From: an uncultured Ruminococcus sp.
GTDB lineage: Bacteria; Bacillota; Clostridia; Oscillospirales; Ruminococcaceae
Direction: 5' to 3'
Assembly: GCA_900545285.1 (NCBI GenBank)
Contig: UQYK01000003.1
Coordinates: 2,287 to 66,286, forward strand
Length of the DNA: 64,000 nucleotides
How positions within the stretch are numbered: the stretch's first letter is position 1; the number at the start of each line of letters is the position of its first letter. A program made the translations under genes and the position numbers. Below, in pieces: positions 10,112-21,002 of the stretch. The notes beneath the pieces are model-generated. The model was not told the DNA's origin and did not search any database. It saw nothing but the letters and a program-made list of their open reading frames with translations.

Positions 10112-10738
10112 ATGAAAAAAGCAATGACAATTGCCTATCCGGTAGGCAAAAATCTCTATTTGAATATCACAAACCGCTGTCCCTGTGCATGTACCTTCTG
10201 CATTCGCAGCATGGGGGACACGGTATACGGTTCGGATTCCCTGTGGCTGGAGCACGAACCCTCTCAGCAGGAAATCGAACAGGCGCTGGAGGCGTATGAC
10301 CTTTCTCAGTATGCAGAGGTGGTGTTCTGCGGCTTTGGAGAGCCGACGGAACGGCTGGAAACCTTACGGGAAACCGCAAAATATCTGAAAAATCACGGTG
10401 TAAAAACCATTCGCCTGAATACCAATGGCCTGTCCGACCTGATTCATGGACGGCCGACAGCACAGGAGTTGGAAGGATTGGTGGACATTGTTTCCGTCAG
10501 TCTGAATGCCGGCACAGAACAGGAATACCTGGAAGTGACACGGCCAAAGTTTGGTGCAAAGGCCTTTGAGGCCATGCAGCAGTTTGCAGTGGACTGCAAA
10601 CAATATGTGCCAAAGGTGATGATGAGCGTGGTGGATGTGCTGGAGCCCTCGGAACTGGAAGCGGCAAAGGCACTTTCCCAGAAGCTCGGCATTTATCTGC
10701 GCATCCGGACATTTGATAATCCGGGAAGCCGGCGGTAA
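10112..10738 (+). CDS. radical SAM protein of the TatD-associated type
   Basis: YLNITNRCPCACTFC (CxxxCxxC), LWLEHEP, EVVFCGFGEP, RLNTNG, SVSLNA. Confidence 0.85.
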   Translation: MKKAMTIAYPVGKNLYLNITNRCPCACTFCIRSMGDTVYGSDSLWLEHEPSQQEIEQALEAYDLSQYAEVVFCGFGEPTERLETLRETAKYLKNHGVKTIRLNTNGLSDLIHGRPTAQELEGLVDIVSVSLNAGTEQEYLEVTRPKFGAKAFEAMQQFAVDCKQYVPKVMMSVVDVLEPSELEAAKALSQKLGIYLRIRTFDNPGSRR

Positions 10739-10771
10739 TGCCGGGAAAGCTGTAAGCAGCGGAAACGGAAG

Positions 10772-10814
10772 AAAAGACGGCTCTTGTCGGGAAAGACCGG
10801 CAGGAGCCGTTTTT
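10772..10814 (+). terminator. intrinsic terminator
   Basis: AAAAGACGGCTCTTGTCGG-GAAAGA-CCGGCAGGAGCCGTTTTT. Confidence 0.75.
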
Positions 10815-10888
10815 CTGGCTACTATAGCGAAAATTTGGGGAACAGATTGTGAAGAATTGGCCAAAAAGCGAAAAAATAAAAAATACCA

Positions 10889-10917
10889 TTGACAAGGCAG
10901 AAGAGAAATCGTATAAT
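10889..10917 (+). promoter_or_regulatory. sigma-A promoter about 700 nt upstream of rnj
   Basis: TTGACA 10889-10894, 17 bp, TATAAT 10912-10917. Confidence 0.8.
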
Positions 10918-11622
10918 GATATTATGTATTACTGTACGTGATTCCGGGAAAACTGCTCTCAGGGCATGATTTTCTGCCGGAAGCCTGTTCCCGGTGCAGA
11001 CCAGGGAACAGGGATAAATGCAACCCGATCTGAATCCTGATGGGGGCTGCTTTTCTTTTTGGTTGCGATACGCTGCCTGTTGTGCGGACGAAAAAATTGC
11101 CGGCAGGCCGTGTTTTGATACATACGGGACTGACAGGAGCCAAACGTGTGCTCTCTGCTCCCGATTCAATGGGAAACAGAAAACGGACAGGTGCTGACGG
11201 AACTTGAATGATAAGATGTATGCACCGCTGTTTCCGGAACAATGCATTTCAGCAGAACGATTTTTGAAAACGTTTCGCGGATAGAAAAACGAAACATGAG
11301 CAGACGGCATGCCGCATACGCAGAAAAGATGCTGTTTTTGAAACAATAGGGTCGGGCGGCTTGCCGGATCTTCTGCAGCGGAATGGGCAGAAAAGAATCT
11401 GTAAAAAAATCCGGTGGAATCGGATAGAAAAAATGTGCTTGTATTTTTGCTTCTGCTTTCAAATACGCAGAAAAAACGGAAGTTTTGTGAGAGAAGGACT
11501 GCTTTTGTCCGGGAAAATACGGCGGCTTTTTTGGACTAGTGTGCCACTGCCGGAAAACGGGATTTTCTGTCACGCTGCCTGAAATGGATTTCTGTTTCCT
11601 GACAGAAAGTGAGGATATTTGA

Positions 11623-13470
11623 TTGGCTACAGAAAAAGAACAGATGCGGGAACCGCGCAGCGGCTCTCAGACGAGAAAGAGAAACTATGGCGCACGCCCC
11701 AGACAGCAGGGGGAAGAACGCAGATCCTCCGGCGGTGTCTACCGGAACCACAGCCGGAACAATAATGCCGCAGCACATGGCTCCAGAAATAATGGGAGAC
11801 GGGATGCCAAGCGGACACCGGTGAGAATCATTCCCCTGGGCGGTCTGAATGAAATCGGAAAGAACATGACCGTCTTTGAGTGCTGCAATGATATGTTTAT
11901 CCTGGACTGCGGCCTTGCTTTTCCGGATATGGATATGCCGGGCGTAGATATTGTAATCCCGGACTTCACCTACGTGGAGGGCAACAAGGACCGCATTCGC
12001 GGAATTGTGATTACCCACGGCCATGAGGACCATATCGGCGGTCTGGCATATTTGCTGAAGAAAATCAATGTGCCCATTTATGGTACCCGGATGACGCTGG
12101 GTCTGATCAAAGGCAAGCTGGAAGAACACGGCCTTTTGAAGCAGGCAAAGCTTATTGAAGTAGAACCGCGGAAAACCGTGAAAATGGGCTGTATGGCCGT
12201 AGAATTTATTAAGGTAAACCACTCCATCCCCGGTGCAGTGGGCATGGCAATTCACACACCGGCCGGTATTATTGTGCACACCGGTGACTTTAAGGTAGAC
12301 TTTTCTCCCATTGATGATGAAATCATTGATCTGGCTCGGTTCGGTGAACTGGGCAGCCGGGGCGTTCTGGCGCTGATGGCAGATTCTACCAATGCGGAGC
12401 GCACAGGCTTTACCTGTTCTGAGCGCACAGTGGGCGGCTCTTTTGAAAAGCTCTTTAAACGGGCAGAGGGAAAGCGGATTATTATTGCTACATTTTCCTC
12501 CAATGTGCACCGGGTGCAGCAGATCATTGATCAGGCGCAGCACTACGGCAGAAAGGTTGCCGTATTCGGCCGGAGCATGATTCATGTTATCAATACAGCC
12601 ATAGAACTGGGCTATCTGACCGTGCCGAAGGGCATGATTATTGATATTGACGAAATGAACCGCTATCCGGATGAGAAGATCGTATTGGTTACAACCGGCA
12701 GCCAGGGCGAACCGCTTTCGGCGCTGACGCGTATGGCGATGAACAGCCACAAAAAGGTTTCCATCACCCCCAACGACTTCATCATCATTTCTGCAAAGCC
12801 CATTCCGGGCAATGAAAAGTTTGTCACCCGTGTGGTCAATGAACTGATGAAATCCGGCGCGGAAGTAATCTACGAATCCATGTATGAGGTACACGTTTCC
12901 GGCCACGCCTGCCAGGAGGAACTGAAGCTGATTCACGCGCTGACCAAGCCGAAGTTCTTTATTCCGGTGCACGGCGAATACAAGCACCTGGTGAAGCATG
13001 CAGAAATCGCCAAATCTATGGGCATGCCGGAAGAAAACATTCTGATTTGCAGCATCGGTGACGTGATTGAAACAGACGGCCAGAGCATGCGCGTGGTTTC
13101 TCAGGTTCCTGCCGGCCGTGTTATGGTAGACGGTCTGGGTGTAGGCGATGTCGGCTCTATTGTCCTGCGGGATCGAAAGCATCTGGCACAGGACGGCCTG
13201 ATTATTGTTGTAATCGGAATCGAACGGATGTCCAATTCCCTGGTGGCCGGACCGGATATCATTTCCAGAGGCTTTGTCTACGTCCGGGAATCCGAGGAGC
13301 TGATGGAAGAGGCACGTCGGGTGCTCTCCCGTGTGCTGGATAACTGCACGGCGCATGATCTGAAGGAATGGGGCTCTTTGAAAACAAAGCTGCGGGATGT
13401 ATTGTCTGAATTTATCTATGAAAAAACCAAGCGCAGCCCGATGATTCTGCCGATTATTATGGAAGTGTAA
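11623..13470 (+). CDS. rnj: ribonuclease J, with a basic N-terminal extension
   Basis: IIPLGGLNEIGKNM, THGHEDHIG, HTGDFK, TGSQGEP, HVSGH, PVHGE, PMILPII. Confidence 0.97.
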   Translation: MATEKEQMREPRSGSQTRKRNYGARPRQQGEERRSSGGVYRNHSRNNNAAAHGSRNNGRRDAKRTPVRIIPLGGLNEIGKNMTVFECCNDMFILDCGLAFPDMDMPGVDIVIPDFTYVEGNKDRIRGIVITHGHEDHIGGLAYLLKKINVPIYGTRMTLGLIKGKLEEHGLLKQAKLIEVEPRKTVKMGCMAVEFIKVNHSIPGAVGMAIHTPAGIIVHTGDFKVDFSPIDDEIIDLARFGELGSRGVLALMADSTNAERTGFTCSERTVGGSFEKLFKRAEGKRIIIATFSSNVHRVQQIIDQAQHYGRKVAVFGRSMIHVINTAIELGYLTVPKGMIIDIDEMNRYPDEKIVLVTTGSQGEPLSALTRMAMNSHKKVSITPNDFIIISAKPIPGNEKFVTRVVNELMKSGAEVIYESMYEVHVSGHACQEELKLIHALTKPKFFIPVHGEYKHLVKHAEIAKSMGMPEENILICSIGDVIETDGQSMRVVSQVPAGRVMVDGLGVGDVGSIVLRDRKHLAQDGLIIVVIGIERMSNSLVAGPDIISRGFVYVRESEELMEEARRVLSRVLDNCTAHDLKEWGSLKTKLRDVLSEFIYEKTKRSPMILPIIMEV

Positions 13471-13569
13471 GCAGGAAACCGGATTTTTCGGGATTCCATG
13501 GCCGCAGCCGGAAAATGCTGCTGTGGCTTTTACACGCCGATTTCTTCATGGAATAGGGGAGAATAGAGC

Positions 13570-15534
13570 ATGAAACGAAAATATGCAGCCATTGGCATTA
13601 CCTTTGCGCTGTGGTTGATCAGCGTTTTGCTGCCGCTGTTTGGTGTGGTATTCAAACGCGTGCCGCAGCAGGTGCTGACGGCGCAGCTGCTGGTGATTTT
13701 GTTAATCAGTGTAGTGATTTGCCTGCAATGGTTCTGGCTGCGAAAGGCCGAGCGGCAGCAGCTGGTGTCTGCCAAGGGCGACATTGAAGGCACAGGTATG
13801 AATGCACTCCAGAGCATGACAATTCCCATGCTGTTTGCCGCACACACCGGTGAAATCCTGTGGTACAATACCGCGTTTTCCGCCCGGTTTCTTCAAAGCC
13901 GCTCCGCGTTGGGACGAACAGTGCAGGATGTGATTCATCTGAATCTGGCAGCGCTGGATCAGAACCGGGATTTGCTCATGGAGCACAATGGCCTCAGCTA
14001 TCGGGTACATGCCACATCGAATATTCAGAATCAACAGGAAATTGTTGCGGTACAGTTCCTGGAAATCACAGATATTCTGCGGCTGCAAAATGAAAATACC
14101 AATTCTCGTCCCTGTGTGCTGCTGCTGGTGATCGACAGCTATGACGATCTGCTGCAATATGCCAAGGAGAGCGAAAAGGCACAGGTTTCCGCAGAAGTGG
14201 AACAAGTGCTGGAACACTTTATGCAGGGAACAGACGGCGTAATCCGAAAGGTGGAAAACGATCTGTTCTATGCGGTGATGGAATCCAGACACCTGCATGA
14301 AATTATGCGAAACCGCTTTCATGTGCTGGATGAGGCGAGACAGATTCGGGTCAATGACCGGATGCATATTACGTTTTCCATTGGCGTGGGAGACGGCGCA
14401 TCCTCTTTGGCAGAAAGTGAAAAATTCGCCAGACAGTCTCTGGATATGGCACTGGGACGCGGCGGCGACCAGGCTGCTGTGAAAACGGAAAACGGTTTTT
14501 GCTTCTTTGGCGGTGCGTCAAAGGGCGTGGAGAAGAAGTCCAAGACGAAGATTCGCTCCATTGCGCTGGCAATGCAGGAACTGATTGAAAATTCGGATCA
14601 GGTCTTTCTCATGGGGCACCGCTTCGGCGATCTGGACTCCGTGGGTTCTGCCTGCGGCCTGGCAGGTGCGGTGCGTCTGATGCAAAAGCCGTCCTATGTG
14701 GTGGTCAACCGGCAGAGCTGTCTGGCCACACAGCTGATCGACCGGATGGCGCAGTGCAGCGACGGCCCCCATTTTCTGGAGCCAGTGGATGCATTGGCGC
14801 AAGTTACGGAAAACAGTCTGCTGATTATTGTAGATACGCATAATAAAGATATTCTGGAAAGCGTGGATCTTTACCACGCGGCGCGGTATGTCATTGTCAT
14901 TGACCACCACCGGAAGAATGTCAACTTTATCGAAAATGCAGTGATTTTCCACCATGAGCCGTATGCCTCTTCTGCATCGGAGATGGTGACAGAAATTATC
15001 CAGTATTTCCGGACGGATACAGAAATATCCGCAGCCTATGCAGATGCGCTGCTGTCCGGCATTATGCTGGATACGAAAAACTTTGTGATGCGAACTGGCG
15101 TGCGGACATTTGAAGCGGCGGCATATCTGCGGAAAATCGGTGCAGATACCATCCAGGTAAAAACCCTGTTTTCCAACACTATTTCCATGTACTCCATGCG
15201 TGCGCAGATTGTTTCCCACGCGGAGCTTTATCGGAACAATGCCATTTCCGTTGTGAAGATGCCCTCTCAGGATGCCAGAGTGCTGGCGGCACAGGCAGCC
15301 GATGAACTGCTGAGCATTCAGGGGGTTGAGGCTTCCTTTGTCATCTATGCCGCGGAGCCGGGCGCTGCAATTTCTGCCCGTTCTATGGGAAATGTAAATG
15401 TACAGGTGATTATGGAACAGCTGGGCGGCGGCGGCCATCAAACCATGGCGGCGGCACAGCTGCCACGCTGTACCATCCAGGAGGCAAAGGAACAGCTCCT
15501 GCTGATATTGGAAGCACAGGAACTGGAACGATAA
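13570..15534 (+). CDS. gdpP: c-di-AMP phosphodiesterase (2TM-PAS-degenerate GGDEF-DHH/DHHA1)
   Basis: RGGDQA, MGH..GDLDS, IDHHR, SSASE, GGGGH; classic position before rplI-dnaB. Confidence 0.93.
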   Translation: MKRKYAAIGITFALWLISVLLPLFGVVFKRVPQQVLTAQLLVILLISVVICLQWFWLRKAERQQLVSAKGDIEGTGMNALQSMTIPMLFAAHTGEILWYNTAFSARFLQSRSALGRTVQDVIHLNLAALDQNRDLLMEHNGLSYRVHATSNIQNQQEIVAVQFLEITDILRLQNENTNSRPCVLLLVIDSYDDLLQYAKESEKAQVSAEVEQVLEHFMQGTDGVIRKVENDLFYAVMESRHLHEIMRNRFHVLDEARQIRVNDRMHITFSIGVGDGASSLAESEKFARQSLDMALGRGGDQAAVKTENGFCFFGGASKGVEKKSKTKIRSIALAMQELIENSDQVFLMGHRFGDLDSVGSACGLAGAVRLMQKPSYVVVNRQSCLATQLIDRMAQCSDGPHFLEPVDALAQVTENSLLIIVDTHNKDILESVDLYHAARYVIVIDHHRKNVNFIENAVIFHHEPYASSASEMVTEIIQYFRTDTEISAAYADALLSGIMLDTKNFVMRTGVRTFEAAAYLRKIGADTIQVKTLFSNTISMYSMRAQIVSHAELYRNNAISVVKMPSQDARVLAAQAADELLSIQGVEASFVIYAAEPGAAISARSMGNVNVQVIMEQLGGGGHQTMAAAQLPRCTIQEAKEQLLLILEAQELER

Positions 15535-15583
15535 ACGGGAATGTGTTTTCCGCTGAAATCCCCTTGAGAAAGGAAGAAGAAAT

Positions 15584-16030
15584 ATGAAGGTAATTTTTGT
15601 ACAGGATGTAAAAGGCTCTGGAAAAAAGGGCGAGGTCAAGAATGTATCAGACGGCTATGCCCGGAACATGCTGCTGAAAAAGGGTCTGGCAGTAGAGGCA
15701 ACCCCGCAGAATCTGTCTGAACTCTCCGGTAAGCAGTCCTCGGCAGCCCATAAAATTGATGTGGAAAAGCAGAATGCACAGGCAATTGCCGACCAGCTGA
15801 AGGGCAAGACCGTTCACGCTGCGGCAAAGGCAGGAAACGGCGGAAAGCTGTTTGGTGCTGTCACAGCAGCGCAGATTGCAGAATGCATTGCCGCAGAGTA
15901 CGGCTGTAAGATTGACAAGAAAAAGATCAGCCTGAAATCAGATATCAAGAACTTTGGTACCTATGAGGCAGAAATTCGCCTGTATGCCGGAATCTCGGTA
16001 AAGGTGACAGTAGAAGTTGCAGAGGGATAA
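15584..16030 (+). CDS. rplI: 50S ribosomal protein L9
   Basis: [36 protein letters not shown]. Confidence 0.98.
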   Translation: MKVIFVQDVKGSGKKGEVKNVSDGYARNMLLKKGLAVEATPQNLSELSGKQSSAAHKIDVEKQNAQAIADQLKGKTVHAAAKAGNGGKLFGAVTAAQIAECIAAEYGCKIDKKKISLKSDIKNFGTYEAEIRLYAGISVKVTVEVAEG

Positions 16031-16106
16031 GCATCCGCTCTGAAATACAGCAGAAATGCGGACCGGTTTTCGGCCCGCATTATTTTTCCCACAGGAGGGA
16101 ACGATT

Positions 16107-17456
16107 ATGGCAGATACATCCTATTCTCCCAACGAAAGCGCCGAGCTTCCGTATAGTCTGGAAGCCGAGCAGACCATTCTGGGGGCGATTCTCATTGATT
16201 CCGCAGTGCTTCCGGTGGTATTGGAAACGATTCGGCCGGACTGCTTCTTCAACGAACAGCACCGCACCCTGTTTCAGATTATCCTGCAAATGTTTACTTC
16301 CGGTGAGAAGGCAGATGTCATCACCGTGCTGAATGCGGCTGTGGCGCAGGGCGTTTTTGAAACCGCGGCAGAAGGCCGGAGTTATCTGGCGGCGCTGATC
16401 AATATTGTGCCCTCGACTTCCAACATTGAGAGCTATTGCGCCATTGTTGCGGAAAAATATTACGTCCGTTGTCTGGCCTTTGCGGCACGGGGCATTTTGC
16501 AGGACATTCAATCCGGCGAGCAGAACGCACAGACGCTGATGGACGCGGCAGAACAGCGCATCTTTGATATCCGGCAGGGACGGGATGCCCAGGGGCTGGT
16601 GAAGGTGGGAGATGCCATCTGTGAGGCCTATGACCGGATCGGAAAAATTTCCGGCCCGGATAAAGAAAAGTACCTGGGTGCCAAGACCGGATTCAAGTAT
16701 CTGGATACGGTGACATCTGGTCTGAACAAATCCGACCTGATTCTGATTGCGGCGCGTCCGGGTATGGGAAAGACCTCCTTTGCCCTCAACATTGCCACGA
16801 ATGTGGCGCGGCGGGGGGACAAGGAAGTGGCCGTATTCTCCCTGGAAATGTCGAAGGAACAGTTGGCCACCCGTATGCTGTCTACAGAGGCGCTGGTGGA
16901 CTCCAACAAGCTGCGGAATGGCTTTCTGACCAACGAGGACTGGGTGCGTCTGGCCACCAGTGCCGGTGTACTCAGCGGCCTTCCTATGTTTATTGATGAT
17001 ACTGCCAGCGTGACCGTACAGCAGATTAAGGCAAAGCTGCGCCGGATGAAAAATCTGGGGCTGGTTGTCATCGACTACTTACAGCTGATGGGCTCTACTC
17101 TCCGGACGGACAACCGCGTGCTGATTATTTCAGAAATTACCCGGCAGCTGAAAATCATGGCGAAGGAACTGGACATTCCGGTAATTGTGCTGTCTCAGCT
17201 GTCCCGTGGGCCGGAAAGCCGTACTGATAAACGCCCGATGCTGTCTGACCTGCGTGAATCCGGTTCCATTGAGCAGGATGCCGATATTGTCATGTTTCTC
17301 TATCGGGACGCTTATTATAATAAGGAGAGTCCTACGCCGAATATCTCAGAATGCATTGTGGCCAAAAACCGACATGGTGAAACAGGTACCATTAACTTAG
17401 TCTGGGATGGACAGTTTACACGGTTCTCCAATGCGGAGATGCGCAATGAAGGCTGA
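16107..17456 (+). CDS. dnaB: replicative DNA helicase
   Basis: PYSLEAEQ, AARPGMGKT, FSLEM, IDYLQL, LSQLSR, SDLRESGSIEQDAD, KNRHG; ATG 16107 after AGGAGG. Confidence 0.97.
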   Translation: MADTSYSPNESAELPYSLEAEQTILGAILIDSAVLPVVLETIRPDCFFNEQHRTLFQIILQMFTSGEKADVITVLNAAVAQGVFETAAEGRSYLAALINIVPSTSNIESYCAIVAEKYYVRCLAFAARGILQDIQSGEQNAQTLMDAAEQRIFDIRQGRDAQGLVKVGDAICEAYDRIGKISGPDKEKYLGAKTGFKYLDTVTSGLNKSDLILIAARPGMGKTSFALNIATNVARRGDKEVAVFSLEMSKEQLATRMLSTEALVDSNKLRNGFLTNEDWVRLATSAGVLSGLPMFIDDTASVTVQQIKAKLRRMKNLGLVVIDYLQLMGSTLRTDNRVLIISEITRQLKIMAKELDIPVIVLSQLSRGPESRTDKRPMLSDLRESGSIEQDADIVMFLYRDAYYNKESPTPNISECIVAKNRHGETGTINLVWDGQFTRFSNAEMRNEG

Positions 17457-18798
17457 TGGGCTGCCTTTGGCAGTGCACGCGTTCCTGACAGAGCTTGACT
17501 GCCTGCGTCCGGAGGATACGGTTTGCTGTGCGCTTTCCGGCGGCGCAGACAGCGTGTGCCTGCTGCGGTGCCTGCTGGCGCTTTCTCAGGAGTGGAAGAT
17601 TACACTTTCCGCAGTGCACATCAATCATCATCTGCGCGGCGCAGAGAGCGACCGGGATGCGGCATTTTGCCGGGAACTGTGTGAAGCACTGGCAGTGCCG
17701 CTGCAAATTCTGGATGTGGATGCAGCGCAGTATGCCCGGCAGATGCACTGCTCCGAAGAGCTTGCGGCGCGTACCTGCCGGTATGAAGCATTTTCTCAGG
17801 TACAGGCGGACTGGATTGCAACGGCACACACGGCATCAGACAATGCCGAAACCCTGGTGCACCGTCTGATACGGGGGGCAGGGCTGCATGGCCTGTGTGC
17901 AATTCCGCCGCGAAACGGCAGATTCCTCCGGCCGCTCCTGACGGTTACACGGGAACAGGTGGAACAGTATCTGGCGCAGCTTCATCAGGATTTTGTGACA
18001 GACAGCACCAATCTGACGGATCAGTATACCCGGAACCGGATTCGGCATCAGATTATGCCCCGGATGAAGGAACTGAACCCCTCGGTAGAGCGTACCGTTT
18101 CCTATACGATTCATGGCCTGCGCCGGGATGCGGATTTTCTCTCGCAGCAGGCACAGGAGGCCTATGCCAAGTGCCACGCAGAGAAAAACACGCTTGCCGG
18201 GCTGGTGCAGCTGCATCCGGCGCTGCAAGTCCGCTGTATTGCCATGCTTTTGGAGGAGGCAGGGCTGTCCTATGACGCACCCCTGCTGGAACGGCTGCAA
18301 AAGCTTTTGTATAAGGGTGGCCGCTGGAATTTGTCCGGCGCAGTGTTTGCGGCGGCAAAACAGGGCATACTGACTCTGGAAGTTCAGAAGCCCCAGACAA
18401 AACCGGATCCGGTTTTGCTGCAATGGGGTGAAAATTGTCTGTATCCCGGATGCGTGGTGACTGCGGAACTGATAACGGCTGAAAATTCTGACAGCATTTC
18501 AATTGTTCATGGAAAATTTGCAAATTCGATTCTGGATTATGATAAAATAAAAGGTGACGTGTTTCTGCATCCCAGAGAACCCGGTGCCCGTATGCAGCTG
18601 TGTGGCTGCAATTTTACATCCTCCCTGAAAAAACGCATTCAGGAGAAGGTGCCGAAAGAAAAACGGAGCACGCTGCATCTGCTCTATGATGCAGCAGGGG
18701 TGATCTATGCAGAGGACATCGGCGTCGCAGAACGTGTCAGGGCAGATGCTGCCTCAGAAAGGCTGCTGGTTGTGCAGATACATCGGGAAGCGCCGTGA
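17446..18798 (+). CDS. tilS: tRNA(Ile)-lysidine synthase
   Basis: SGGADS PP-loop, HINHHLRG, TAHTASDNAET, RPLL, DSTN..YTRNRIR; overlaps the dnaB stop. Confidence 0.93.
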   Translation: MKADGLPLAVHAFLTELDCLRPEDTVCCALSGGADSVCLLRCLLALSQEWKITLSAVHINHHLRGAESDRDAAFCRELCEALAVPLQILDVDAAQYARQMHCSEELAARTCRYEAFSQVQADWIATAHTASDNAETLVHRLIRGAGLHGLCAIPPRNGRFLRPLLTVTREQVEQYLAQLHQDFVTDSTNLTDQYTRNRIRHQIMPRMKELNPSVERTVSYTIHGLRRDADFLSQQAQEAYAKCHAEKNTLAGLVQLHPALQVRCIAMLLEEAGLSYDAPLLERLQKLLYKGGRWNLSGAVFAAAKQGILTLEVQKPQTKPDPVLLQWGENCLYPGCVVTAELITAENSDSISIVHGKFANSILDYDKIKGDVFLHPREPGARMQLCGCNFTSSLKKRIQEKVPKEKRSTLHLLYDAAGVIYAEDIGVAERVRADAASERLLVVQIHREAP

Positions 18799-18900
18799 CA
18801 GCGGTGCTTCCAAAGACGCAGTCTGTGTGCGCCCATTGGAAACTGATATTCAGAAGTGGTTCGCAGAATATTTCTGAAAAATAAAAAACGAATGGAGTGA

Positions 18901-20844
18901 ATGAGATTGACACCGAAAAAGGGCCGTGGAGTCGGGACTTATCTTATGATCGGGGTGCTGCTGGTGGCAGCGCTGATCTTTCTGCTGCCGAATTTAAAGG
19001 GCAGCTCAAAGGAGCCGGAGTATTCCGAAATCATTCAGTATTTTGATGATTATGAGGTAACGGAATACACGCTGGATCTTGGCTCCGGCGAACTCAAGAT
19101 GGTGCTGGAGGACGGAAAGAAGATCACCTATGATGTGCCCAATGTTGCCGTGTTCCGGGACGATACCAAAAATTATCGTACCAACTATAACCGGAAGCAT
19201 CCGGACGCACCGCTGAAGCTGGATTACTATAAGATTCGGGATTCCTCCTGGATGCTGACCATTATCCCCACTGTCATTCTGGTGCTCATGATGGTTTTCC
19301 TGTTCATCTTTATGATGCGGCAGGCAAACGGCGGCGGAAAATACACCTCGTTCGGAAAAGCCAATATCAAAAACCAGATGAACACCCGAAAGGCCACCTT
19401 TGCAGATGTGGCCGGGGCAGATGAGGAAAAGCATGAACTGGAGGAAATCGTGGATTTCCTGAAAAATCCCCGGAAATACGCTGAAATCGGCGCACGGATT
19501 CCGAAGGGCGTTCTGCTCATGGGGCCTCCGGGTACTGGTAAAACCCTGCTGGCAAGAGCCGTTGCGGGAGAGGCCGGCTGTCCGTTCTTCTCCATCTCCG
19601 GTTCTGACTTTGTGGAAATGTTTGTCGGCGTGGGTGCATCCCGTGTGCGGGATTTGTTTGAACAGGCAAAGAAAAATGCACCGTCCATCATCTTTATTGA
19701 TGAAATTGATGCAGTCGGCCGACACCGCGGTACCGGAATCGGCGGCGGCCATGACGAACGGGAACAGACCCTGAACCAGTTGCTGGTAGAAATGGACGGC
19801 TTTACCGGAAAAGACAATGTGATTGTCATTGCCGCAACCAACAGACGAGATATCCTGGATCCGGCGCTGATGCGTCCGGGTCGGTTTGACCGGCAGATCG
19901 TAGTGGGCTATCCGGATGTCAAGGGACGGGAAGCCATTCTGAAGGTGCATACCAAGAGCAAAAATGTCGGCCCGGATGTGGATCTTGGTACCATTGCAAA
20001 GTCTACGGTGGGCTTTACCGGTGCAGATCTGGAAAATCTGGTGAATGAAGCCTGCCTGCTGGCTGCCCGGAAGGACAAAAAGGCTATTACCATGGAAGAA
20101 ATCCAGGAGGCAACCATTAAGGTAATTGCCGGCCCGGAAAAGAAGTCTCATAAGGTGACACCCAAAGAAAAACGCCTTACCGCTTTCCACGAGGCAGGGC
20201 ATGCAGTCTGCACCTATTACTGCGATCATCAGGATAAGGTGCATCAGGTTTCCATTATCCCCAGAGGGATGGCCGGCGGATATACCATGTCTCTGCCAGA
20301 GCAGGATAAGAGCTTTGTCTCCAAAAAGGAGATGGAAGAAAATATTGTTACGCTTCTGGGCGGACGTGTGGCCGAACAGCTGGTGCTGGAGGATATCTCC
20401 ACAGGTGCTTCCAATGACCTGGAACGTGCCACATCAACTGCGCGCAGCATGGTGACACGCTATGGCTTTAGTGAAAAGCTGGGGCCGGTGGTATACGGCA
20501 ATGACCAGAACGAAGTCTTTCTGGGACGGGATCTGGGCTCTTCCAAGGATTATTCCGACCGTGTGGCAGGAGAAATCGATGATGAGGTACGCAGCATTAT
20601 AGAAAAGGCGTATCAGCAGGCAACTGCAATTTTGAATGCCCACATGGATCAGCTGCATCAGCTGGCAAAGTACCTGATCATTCATGAGAAGATTGAACGG
20701 GATGACTTTGAAACATTGATGCAGGGCAAAATGGATCCGAAGCTGCTGGAAGAAACGACAGCGACAGAAGAAACAGATGCGCCGGCACCGACGGCAGAAC
20801 CGGAAACGGAAGCAGAATCGAGTACAGATACACCGGCAGAATAA
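18901..20844 (+). CDS. ftsH: ATP-dependent zinc metalloprotease FtsH (housekeeping copy)
   Basis: 2 [34 protein letters not shown]; follows tilS. Confidence 0.97.
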   Translation: MRLTPKKGRGVGTYLMIGVLLVAALIFLLPNLKGSSKEPEYSEIIQYFDDYEVTEYTLDLGSGELKMVLEDGKKITYDVPNVAVFRDDTKNYRTNYNRKHPDAPLKLDYYKIRDSSWMLTIIPTVILVLMMVFLFIFMMRQANGGGKYTSFGKANIKNQMNTRKATFADVAGADEEKHELEEIVDFLKNPRKYAEIGARIPKGVLLMGPPGTGKTLLARAVAGEAGCPFFSISGSDFVEMFVGVGASRVRDLFEQAKKNAPSIIFIDEIDAVGRHRGTGIGGGHDEREQTLNQLLVEMDGFTGKDNVIVIAATNRRDILDPALMRPGRFDRQIVVGYPDVKGREAILKVHTKSKNVGPDVDLGTIAKSTVGFTGADLENLVNEACLLAARKDKKAITMEEIQEATIKVIAGPEKKSHKVTPKEKRLTAFHEAGHAVCTYYCDHQDKVHQVSIIPRGMAGGYTMSLPEQDKSFVSKKEMEENIVTLLGGRVAEQLVLEDISTGASNDLERATSTARSMVTRYGFSEKLGPVVYGNDQNEVFLGRDLGSSKDYSDRVAGEIDDEVRSIIEKAYQQATAILNAHMDQLHQLAKYLIIHEKIERDDFETLMQGKMDPKLLEETTATEETDAPAPTAEPETEAESSTDTPAE

Positions 20845-20861
20845 AAATAAATTGTATAAGA

Positions 20862-20907
20862 GAAAAGGACATCTTGGGCAAAAACATGTGCAAGATGTTC
20901 TTTTTTT
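20862..20907 (+). terminator. intrinsic terminator after ftsH
   Basis: GAAAAGGACATCTTG...CAAGATGTTCTTTTTTT. Confidence 0.7.
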
Positions 20908-21002
20908 CGGATATACTGGAAAATTCATAATTTTGTGTTGTATTTTTGTTGCACATCTGGTATGATAAAATAGAAATATTGGGAACAAAGGAGAAGATAC
21001 GT

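Noticed and set aside
11028..11070. CTGAATCC...GGGGG resembling the start of a c-di-AMP (ydaO) riboswitch, attractive because gdpP is downstream
   Set aside because: Downstream conserved elements (GGGGGACC, GGGGTGAA, CCCGAACCCGTCAGCTAAC) are not visible; an Infernal scan is needed to exclude it formally
11536..13356. Long antisense ORFs (also 4279-5661, 19006-20244, 21105-23066, 27209-28717, 41549-42988, 57651-59465, 60372-61904)
   Set aside because: They mirror well-conserved genes on the opposite strand, have no motifs or RBS, and are expected from codon bias
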